Shown here: piece by piece, positions 15,761 through 22,500 of the stretch
Layout of the letters: every line of letters starts with the position of its first letter
How positions within the stretch are numbered: position 1 is the stretch's first letter
Assembly: GCA_050633305.1 (NCBI GenBank)
Contig: JBOEGF010000025.1
Span: forward strand, 1 to 22,500
Direction of reading: 5' to 3'
Source: Nannocystales bacterium
Lineage (GTDB): Bacteria > Myxococcota_A > Polyangia > Nannocystales > Nannocystaceae
Length of the DNA: 22,500 nt
Notes under the pieces: generated by a model
Database searches by the model: none
The model's input: the letters and a program-made list of their open reading frames with translations, nothing else
What the model was told of the DNA's origin: nothing
Made by a program: the position numbers and the translations under genes

Positions 15761-17410
15761 GTGCACGTCCGCTTCGTCACCGCGACGCTCGCCGTCGCGG
15801 CGACAGGCTGCAATGTCTCCGCAGACGGCCTGAGTGTGGATGCGGGGACCGAGGGCGTGACCTCGGCCGTGGACCCGACGCCCACCGGGACCGACGCGCA
15901 AACATCCTCCGAGGTGACTTCGGGTGCTGTCGATACGACGACGGCCGCCGACGAAAGCACGACGACCGGTGGAACAGATCGGCTCTGCGACGCGATCGAC
16001 GTCTCGCTCGTCTTCGATCGACAAGCTCCGATCTACGGCTTCGAACGCAGGCTCGCCGTGGCCCGGTTTCTGGACAACGTCACCGAGCAAACCGGCGCTC
16101 GGGTCCGCGTGTTCCCCAACGCCGGCGCTCCGGAGCCCCCCGCATGGAACTGCAGTCTCGACACCGACGGACCCGCGGACGGCCTCACATTCATTTGGGG
16201 CGAGGCGGGAGAGGCCCGTAACAGCGCGCGGACCAAACTCGAGTGCGTCTACGACGGGGTCCGCAACTACCCCAGCGGCAGCAGTGCCGACGGCGATTGG
16301 ATGTTCACGGGTTTGCTCTTCCCGTTCCTCGACCACGACGACTGGCCCTCCGAAGACCGCACGATCTCGGTCAACGTGATGCTGGCCAACACGGACGACG
16401 ATGAGAGCAACATGTACGCCCGGCCCGGGTTGGCCAGCGATGCGTTTGTCCGTCTCGCGGCGGATGGCGACCGGGACCGCGCGCTGAGCCTCACGGTCGG
16501 GCAGGACGCCGACGAGCTACACAGCTTTGCGCTCGCGCTGCACCCCAACGCCCTGCACACAGAGTGGGACGACGAGGACTTCGAGGCCTCGTTCGACGAT
16601 TTTCTCCCCGCGGTCGTTGCAGCCTGCGCCACCGCGGACGAACCGGAGGTCCCCTCCCCTCCGGGTGGGTGCGAACACATCGACATCCTCTTTGTTGTCG
16701 ACGGCTCGCTGTCCATGGCTCAAGAGCAGGCGGCGCTCCGCGGAGTCGAGGGGCCCCCGGTCTTCGCAGACTTCACGGACGCCCTCGCTCTCAACCTCGA
16801 CACGCTGGAGGACATCCACATCGGGGTCGTCTCAGCCGAGCCTGACGACACCGTGCTGCACACGCACCGGGACCAGCCCGCCGTGTTGCCAAGTCCGGAG
16901 ACCGACTGCGGGCTTGCGCAGCCATGGATCGTCGCCCCCTCCGCAACCCTGCAGGAGGACTTCGCATGTCTGGCAGCGACGACCGCGTCCAGCACCTTGG
17001 AGACCACCTCCCGGAACGCGGCCGAGGCCCTCGCCTCGCCGGACAACGCGGGGTTCCTGCGCGACGACTCGGTGGTGTTCGTGGTCATGCTGACCGACGA
17101 GGACACGCTTGGACTCGGCGCCACACGAGTTCAGGAACATGAGCTCCTGCTCTCCGCCGTCGGCGGGGACCGAGACCGGATCGTGATGCTGGCGATCGCA
17201 GGAGACCCCGGGGTGTTCGAGGCCCCCAAGACGACTTGCGCGGGCCCCTACGGAACCGCGTCTCCGGGTCGTCGACTCGGTGCCGTCGTTGCATCGTTCG
17301 GCGCGGCCGGCATCACCTCGGACATCTGCGCTGGCGACCTTGCCCACTCGTTCGACGATGCTCTCGGCGACCTCGTTCAGGCCTGCGTGAGCTTCGTGCC
17401 CGAGGGGTAG
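15761..17410 (+). CDS. Lipoprotein with Thr-rich linker and two VWA-like domains (549 aa)
   Basis: GTG start MHVRFVTATLAVAATGC; second domain DILFVVDGSLSM (DxSxS MIDAS) ...GFLRDDSVVFVVMLTDED; first domain is parallel but degenerate (DVSLVFDRQAP). Confidence 0.78.
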   Translation: MHVRFVTATLAVAATGCNVSADGLSVDAGTEGVTSAVDPTPTGTDAQTSSEVTSGAVDTTTAADESTTTGGTDRLCDAIDVSLVFDRQAPIYGFERRLAVARFLDNVTEQTGARVRVFPNAGAPEPPAWNCSLDTDGPADGLTFIWGEAGEARNSARTKLECVYDGVRNYPSGSSADGDWMFTGLLFPFLDHDDWPSEDRTISVNVMLANTDDDESNMYARPGLASDAFVRLAADGDRDRALSLTVGQDADELHSFALALHPNALHTEWDDEDFEASFDDFLPAVVAACATADEPEVPSPPGGCEHIDILFVVDGSLSMAQEQAALRGVEGPPVFADFTDALALNLDTLEDIHIGVVSAEPDDTVLHTHRDQPAVLPSPETDCGLAQPWIVAPSATLQEDFACLAATTASSTLETTSRNAAEALASPDNAGFLRDDSVVFVVMLTDEDTLGLGATRVQEHELLLSAVGGDRDRIVMLAIAGDPGVFEAPKTTCAGPYGTASPGRRLGAVVASFGAAGITSDICAGDLAHSFDDALGDLVQACVSFVPEG

Positions 17411-17522
17411 TTGGGACCAGGGAACGACCACGGCGAACCAATGAGAACGGGCGCGCCCATGTCCGTCGTAGGACAATGGTACGCGCCCGCGGTGCGGCCG
17501 CAGCCGCCCCCCTCAAGCCGGA

Positions 17523-18845
17523 CTAGACAGGGTCGATGCCAATACAGGGATCGACTTCCGACGGCGTACAGCCCTCACAATCCCAGCGGAAGTTGTCGAC
17601 GAGCAATGTCGTGTCGAACGAGGAGTCACTCATGTCGAAGAGCGCGAACGTCAGCTGAAGCATCTCGTTCGGGACGACGGTGCCCTTCGCCTCATACCAC
17701 CCGGTTGCCCCATCGTTGGTGAACTGGGTGCCTGAGAGCTCGGCCGCTCCACCTTGGTAGTCGGCGGGCCATAGTGCGGTCACGGTGCACGGCTCGTCGT
17801 TCACGAAGCAGAGGTTGCCGGTGTAGCTCTCCGAGTTGGACCAAGCGACGAACATGTCGTTGAACTGGGTGTCGACGTACTCTGGGAACTCTTCCGAGAA
17901 GTACGCGAAGTCGAACGAGAAGCCGTAGGTTCCACCCGGAACCGGGGTCTCAAACTGGAACCAGATGAGGTCGTTGGCATTGCCGCCGCCCAGGTTCCAC
18001 TGGTCGATGAGACTGTCCGAGCAGTCGTTGACCAGGTCGCAGTTCACGAACGGCGTACCACCGGCACCACCGGCACTGCCCGGAAGCGGGCTCAGGGGAG
18101 CCGGAAGGGGCGTGTTCGAGGGGTTGGTCGTCGCATCGCCGAGGGGGTCACCGACCTCGATCAGGGCGCCGTTGGCATCGAGAGCTGGCAGCGGACCGGT
18201 ACCGATGACGAGCATCGACTCGCCTTCGCGAGGGCGCCACAGCGGCAGACCGTCGCCGGGGTCGATGAAGTCCCCGAACTGCTGAGCGATCCGCCAGGTG
18301 TTCGCGTCATTGGCCGCGAAGATCGGGTTGAAGATCGGAATCGCGGTGTTGGGACCGCCAACACACCCGAGGCCGATGGCGTTGAACGGGTTGGTGGTGC
18401 CCGAGTCGCACGGAACAAGATCACCCGGTGCTTCGCAGATCTCGAGTCCGCTGTCGGAGTCCGAATCCGAGTCGGAGTCACTGCCGCCGGTCGAAGACTC
18501 GCCCCCACCGCCACCGGTGCTGGAGCTGCCGGACTCTGCACTGTCCGTCGCGCCCCCAGACGAGGAGCTCCCGCCCGGGTCCGTGTCACCGACGCCTGTG
18601 CTCGAACTCCCGGCCGAGTCGGTGTCGTCGACGGCGGTGGTGCTCGAGCTCCCGCTGTTGCTGTTGCTGTTGCTGTCGGCGCCGGTCGAAGTCCCGGAAG
18701 GCCCCGGGTTGCTCTCAGTGTCCGAGCTCCCCGTCGAACCGCCACTGTTCCCACCGCTGGCGCCGGCCGAGCCGTCGTCACAAGCAATGAAGAGAAGCGA
18801 GGCTAGCGAAATGGTGGCCAACCGGCCGAGTTGGAAGTTGTTCAT
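17523..18845 (-). CDS. Lipoprotein with Ser/Gly/Thr linker and choice-of-anchor-L-like domain (440 aa)
   Basis: MNNFQLGRLATISLASLLFIAC lipobox; low-complexity linker; FDFAYFSEEFPEYVDTQFNDMF and FALFDMSDSSFDTTLLVD motifs. Start at ATG 18845. Confidence 0.78.
   Translation of the reverse strand: MNNFQLGRLATISLASLLFIACDDGSAGASGGNSGGSTGSSDTESNPGPSGTSTGADSNSNSNSGSSSTTAVDDTDSAGSSSTGVGDTDPGGSSSSGGATDSAESGSSSTGGGGGESSTGGSDSDSDSDSDSGLEICEAPGDLVPCDSGTTNPFNAIGLGCVGGPNTAIPIFNPIFAANDANTWRIAQQFGDFIDPGDGLPLWRPREGESMLVIGTGPLPALDANGALIEVGDPLGDATTNPSNTPLPAPLSPLPGSAGGAGGTPFVNCDLVNDCSDSLIDQWNLGGGNANDLIWFQFETPVPGGTYGFSFDFAYFSEEFPEYVDTQFNDMFVAWSNSESYTGNLCFVNDEPCTVTALWPADYQGGAAELSGTQFTNDGATGWYEAKGTVVPNEMLQLTFALFDMSDSSFDTTLLVDNFRWDCEGCTPSEVDPCIGIDPV
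18654..18677. repeat. In-frame 6-bp microsatellite (GCTGTT)3 GCTGTC encoding DSNSNSNS
   Basis: Seen directly in the linker of the 17523-18845 gene. Confidence 0.8.
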
Positions 18846-19082
18846 CGTTGCGTTCCCTTGAGTGTCTTTAAGCGGTTCTGTCGGTTTCGGGCCAAGGTCT
18901 GGCATACCGGATGGAGCCCGATTTTCAGGAACCCGTTTCGGAACACCGAAGTGTCCGCCGCGTCCCCCACGGTCCTGCCATGGTACGCCGCGCCGATCGC
19001 GGAAGACAACGAAAGAACAAACGTGGAAGCTCACGACTCTCCGCGGCGGCGGCGTACAACGTCGGGTTTCGCGGCCGGTGAG

Positions 19083-19098
19083 GAACAGGCGCCTGTTC
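19083..19098. promoter_or_regulatory. Perfect 16-bp palindrome, candidate operator
   Basis: GAACAGGCGCCTGTTC equals its own reverse complement; lies near the middle of the divergent 18846-19377 intergenic region. Confidence 0.4.
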
Positions 19099-19377
19099 TG
19101 GCGTATCCAAACCTTGAGAGGGAAATCCGCGGCCGGAACGCGCGGATCCGCAACGGCGTCCCGGCGTGGTCCATCGGTGCGCGGCGGTCTCAGCCACCAT
19201 CACCCACACGTCTGCATCCCCTGTTCGATCTCGATGACGCGGACGGGCTGGATAGCTCACGCATCCGGGCATTGGGCCGCGCGCACACTTCGCGTATCGT
19301 CCCGGAAACCGGTTAGCATTGGGGCCACTTCGCCCGCCTGCAGCGCCGGTTCGGGTCTATTTCATCGGAACCCTCCC

Positions 19378-21603
19378 ATGCCCTACGACATGACCACCAT
19401 CCTCAAAGACCGTTCGGCACGGCTGTGCCTGCTTTCCGCCCTGACACTGCTGGGAACTGCATGTGGCGACGACGTCACCCCGACCGGGAGTGGCTCCACC
19501 GGGGACGAAAGCTCGACGACCGCGTCGACGAACCCGGTCACGTCGACCACGTCGACGACCGCGACCACGGTGACGCCCACGACGGATGCGACCACCGACG
19601 AGTCGACCACCTCCGGCGGGACGGACACATCCTCCACGACCGACCAGGACACCGACACCGACACCGACCCAACCGACCCCACCGGCGGGAGCACGACGAT
19701 GGTCGACCCCACCAAGGGGGACACCACCTCGACGACCGGCGACGAATCCACGTCCGAAGGTGCGACGACGACCGGGGGAGAAACGATGGGGGAGTGCCCC
19801 TACGGGGAGCTCATGGCCCCGGACGTCCTCAACACGACCACGCTCGGCGAGGACAGTGAGTTCACGAACTCTTGCGGTGGAGGCGGCGCTCCGGACGTTT
19901 CCTACACGCTGACCGCGCCCGCGGATGGTACCTACTTCTTCACGGCCACCAGCCCCGACGGCGTGGTCGACCCCCTCGTCGCCGTCTATGACGGCACTTG
20001 TGGCGGCCCTGAGCTCGCCTGCAACGAGGACATCGACGGCGGAACGACGGCAGCGCGAGTCTCCGCCTCTCTGGTGAGCGGACAGACGGTCACTGTGGTC
20101 CTCGACGGCTTCGCCCTCGCCGGGGGTGCCATCGACCTCGAGGTCGCTTTCTTCGAAGGCAGCTGTCCCGACGGCGACGCAGGGAATACGGTGCCACAGG
20201 TGATCAGCGCCTCGACCGTTGGCGGTGACAACACGACCTTCGCGAGCTGCGGCGGCGCCACAGGAAACGACGATCAGTACACCTTCACCGCCCCCGAAGC
20301 CGGCGTCTACACATTCGATACCCTCGGGTCCGACTTCGACACCCTGTTGTACATCCTCGACGGATGCGGCGGTACCGAGCTCGGTTGCAACGACGACTCG
20401 ACAGGCTCCACGTCGCGAATCAACCTCACCATGGCCCAGGACCAGGACGTGGTGGTGGTGGTCGACGGCGCCGGCCTCGAAGAAGGGAACTACGACCTCA
20501 ACATCAACTTCGACGAGTGCCCCGACTTCGATCTAGGCCAGAGTCTTCCAATCACCGTCACCGGCAACACCGAGTTCGAGACGGACGCCAGCTCGGGTTC
20601 GTGCGGGCCGGGCGACTCCAATGACGTCGCGTACACCTTCACGGCACCACAAGCCGGAAACTACGTGTTCGACACCAACGGCTCCAACTTCGACACGGTC
20701 CTGTACTACTACGATGGCGCGACGTGCGTTGGGGCCGAAGTCGAGTGCGATGACGACGATGGAGACGGCGTCGACTCGCTGCTGACGATCAACATGGTGG
20801 AAGACCAACAGGTCACGCTCATCGTCGATGGCCGGTTCGGCGGTTTCGGCGACTACGTGCTCAACGTGACCCTTCCCGAGTGTGGGAACGACCTCGTCGA
20901 ACTCGGAGAAGAGTGCGACGGCGCGATCATCCCGGACACCTGCTTCTCCTTGGGAATGGGCGGAGGCGCCATCGCGTGTGACCCCGTCACTTGTCAGTAC
21001 GACACGGCGGCATGCGGAGATGACTGTGGCAACGGTACGCTCGATGCCGGCGAGGTCTGTGACCTCTCCGAGTTCGGTGGCGCCACGTGCCAATCCGAAG
21101 GCTTCGCCGGCGGCCCCTTGGGTTGCGGTGCGGACTGCACCACGGTCGACAGCAGCGAGTGTTCGGACGACATCGTCGTCGTGTGCTCGACTCCAGCGGC
21201 TGCCATCGACAGCGCTCTCCCGCCGGTCATGGACACGATCACCATCCCCGACATCGGGACGATCGCGGACGTCGACCTCTACATGGACATCACCCACACC
21301 TACAACGCTGACCTCGACATGTCCTTGAGCGCCGACGACCTCGGCCTCCAGAACAACCTGAGTCTGGACAACTGCGGCTCCATCGACGATGTGCTCGCAA
21401 CGTTCAACGACGAAGGCGAGTTCGCGGTGGGCAGTGCCTGTATCGCGCCTGTTGGCGTCGAGGGCAACGTGATGCCCGAGCAACCGTTGAGCGTCTACGA
21501 CGGCGGCGCGTCCAACGGAGCGTGGACGCTGACGGTCGACGACGACGCGGGTGGCGACATCGGTACGCTCAACGAGTGGTGCCTGTTCATCACGCTCGAG
21601 TAG
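19378..21603 (+). CDS. Lipoprotein: Thr-rich linker, three PPC-like repeats, two myxobacterial Cys-rich repeats, C-terminal proprotein-convertase P-domain (~740 aa)
   Basis: Lipobox GTAC; three ~118-aa repeats (CP...SCG...YT.TAP..G.Y.F...D......DG...C...E..C..D); CGNDLVELGEECD and CGNGTLDAGEVCD; P-domain ITHTYNADL...GAWTLTVDD...GTLNEWCL. Start at ATG 19378 or 19390. Confidence 0.85.
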   Translation: MPYDMTTILKDRSARLCLLSALTLLGTACGDDVTPTGSGSTGDESSTTASTNPVTSTTSTTATTVTPTTDATTDESTTSGGTDTSSTTDQDTDTDTDPTDPTGGSTTMVDPTKGDTTSTTGDESTSEGATTTGGETMGECPYGELMAPDVLNTTTLGEDSEFTNSCGGGGAPDVSYTLTAPADGTYFFTATSPDGVVDPLVAVYDGTCGGPELACNEDIDGGTTAARVSASLVSGQTVTVVLDGFALAGGAIDLEVAFFEGSCPDGDAGNTVPQVISASTVGGDNTTFASCGGATGNDDQYTFTAPEAGVYTFDTLGSDFDTLLYILDGCGGTELGCNDDSTGSTSRINLTMAQDQDVVVVVDGAGLEEGNYDLNINFDECPDFDLGQSLPITVTGNTEFETDASSGSCGPGDSNDVAYTFTAPQAGNYVFDTNGSNFDTVLYYYDGATCVGAEVECDDDDGDGVDSLLTINMVEDQQVTLIVDGRFGGFGDYVLNVTLPECGNDLVELGEECDGAIIPDTCFSLGMGGGAIACDPVTCQYDTAACGDDCGNGTLDAGEVCDLSEFGGATCQSEGFAGGPLGCGADCTTVDSSECSDDIVVVCSTPAAAIDSALPPVMDTITIPDIGTIADVDLYMDITHTYNADLDMSLSADDLGLQNNLSLDNCGSIDDVLATFNDEGEFAVGSACIAPVGVEGNVMPEQPLSVYDGGASNGAWTLTVDDDAGGDIGTLNEWCLFITLE
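19648..19668 (+). repeat. In-frame 6-bp microsatellite (GACACC)3 GAC encoding DTDTDTD
   Basis: Seen directly in the Thr-rich linker. Confidence 0.8.
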
Positions 21604-21617
21604 TCGGACGGCTCGAT

Positions 21618-21660
21618 CAAAGAAAAGGACGGCGCCTCCGGGCGTCGTCCTTTTTCTTTG
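21618..21660. terminator. Bidirectional intrinsic terminator
   Basis: CAAAGAAAAGGACGGCGCC-TCCG-GGCGTCGTCCTTTTTCTTTG: GC stem, 4-nt loop, A-tract before and T-tract after, between convergent genes. Confidence 0.88.
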
Positions 21661-21730
21661 GCCTTGGGGCATGCCCCCGGGACCTCTCGCGCCGGCTCGT
21701 CGTTGGCGCTCGAACCCGTATCCCGAGCCG

Positions 21731-22500
21731 TTACAGGGGCACGCCGAGCGCTGCGCACTCGAACGCCATGTATGGCAGCGCGCACTCAAACAGCCCGACG
21801 ATCCGGTCGACGACACCGTCACCGAGCATCTCCTCGTCCGTCAAGCTCGCCACGGCGATGTGGTCCTTCCGCTTCAGATCCACGATGTGTGGATGGTCGG
21901 CGTCGAACCCCTTCGGCGCGCGCTTGAGGCTCTCGCCGCCGAGGTTGAACTTTCTCGTGAAGTCCTCCCCCCGGGTCGCAGCCGTCCAAGCGTCGGGATG
22001 CTCGACGATCCGAGACCGAATCGATGCCAGGGCAGACGACTCGGGCCGCCACATCCCAACACCGACGAAGTGTCCTTCCGGGGAGATGTGCGCATAGAAC
22101 CCGGGCGCATGGGCATCCTTCCCCACTTCGTGTCGGAAGTGGATGCCCACGTTGGTCTTGTACGGCGTCTTGTCCTTCGCGAACCGAACGTCTCGGTAGA
22201 CCCGCATGAGCGAACCACCGACTTTTTTGTCGCTCGCGACGAAGTGCTTGGAGATCGCCTCGAGGCGAGGTGCGACAGCCCGGACAAACGCCCGTGCCGG
22301 TTCCCGTACCAACGCCTCATAGCGAGGCTTGTGCTCGTTGAACCAGACCTTGTCGTTGTTCATCCCCAACTCGACGAGGAAGCCAAGCATCTCGGGGCCG
22401 AACTTGGAGAACTCCGAATCCGCGGAGGCGGCCTTCGTCGCCGACGTCTTCTTCCCCGACGCCGTCTTCTTCCCCGACACCGTCTTCTTTGCCGACGCGG
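21731..22500 (-). CDS. DUF2461 (TIGR02453) family protein; start probably beyond the right edge
   Basis: FLVELGMNNDKVWFNEHK, RVYRDVRFAKDKTPYK, PGFYAHI, LKRAPKGFDADHP, LKRK. The frame stays open to the window edge. Confidence 0.92.
   Translation of the reverse strand, partial: ASAKKTVSGKKTASGKKTSATKAASADSEFSKFGPEMLGFLVELGMNNDKVWFNEHKPRYEALVREPARAFVRAVAPRLEAISKHFVASDKKVGGSLMRVYRDVRFAKDKTPYKTNVGIHFRHEVGKDAHAPGFYAHISPEGHFVGVGMWRPESSALASIRSRIVEHPDAWTAATRGEDFTRKFNLGGESLKRAPKGFDADHPHIVDLKRKDHIAVASLTDEEMLGDGVVDRIVGLFECALPYMAFECAALGVPL
22445..22498 (-). repeat. Three 18-bp tandem repeats encoding (A/V)S(A/G)KKT
   Basis: Plus-strand units cgtcttcttccccgacgc / cgtcttcttccccgacac / cgtcttctttgccgacgc; may continue past the edge. 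Confidence 0.85.

Noticed and set aside
19083..19098. Palindrome as a LexA (Cheo-type) box
   Set aside because: Spacing is GAAC-N8-GTTC rather than N4, and the flanking genes are not SOS-type.
18862..19377. 172-aa N-terminal extension of the PPC/P-domain protein, and the 18925-19272 and 18831-19316 ORFs
   Set aside because: The lipoprotein signal begins at 19378/19390, and the upstream translations look non-coding.
21666..21730. GGGGCATGCCCC palindrome and CGGCTCG/CGAGCCG inverted repeat after the terminator
   Set aside because: Short, GC-rich and single-copy in the window; compatible with chance.
22445..22498. Tandem repeats as a CRISPR array or mobile-element end
   Set aside because: No spacers, in-frame coding repeats, and no cas or transposase genes.

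Overview
High-GC bacterial DNA. Gene content points to a myxobacterium, probably Nannocystaceae-like (inference): a membrane Ser/Thr kinase with TPRs, many Cys-rich lipoproteins with Ser/Thr linkers, and CGNxxxxxGExCD repeats. About 20 tightly packed genes, left to right: the 5' end of lon (missed by the ORF track) with a clear sigma70-type promoter; a degenerate nucleotidyltransferase/CDP-alcohol-phosphotransferase-like membrane protein overlapping an Smr-domain gene; a Ser/Thr kinase-TPR protein; a minus-strand ECF sigma module (sigma, exactly bridging 60-codon ORF, putative anti-sigma, TPR protein, 8-Cys lipoprotein); an RsuA-family pseudouridine synthase; a DUF4382-like lipoprotein; an S9 peptidase; an NrsF/DUF1109-like membrane protein; an NrdG-like radical SAM protein; an EVE protein; adenosine deaminase; an NhaC transporter; three surface lipoproteins (tandem VWA, choice-of-anchor-L-like, PPC x3 plus P-domain); a bidirectional terminator; and a partial DUF2461 gene. 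No rRNA, tRNA, CRISPR or mobile element was seen. Best leads: the translationally coupled ECF/anti-sigma/TPR/Cys-hairpin module, a recurring -10-box-next-to-start-codon signature suggesting leaderless mRNAs, and the apparent double pseudo-enzyme upstream of lon. All family calls come from motif recognition by eye; no searches were run.
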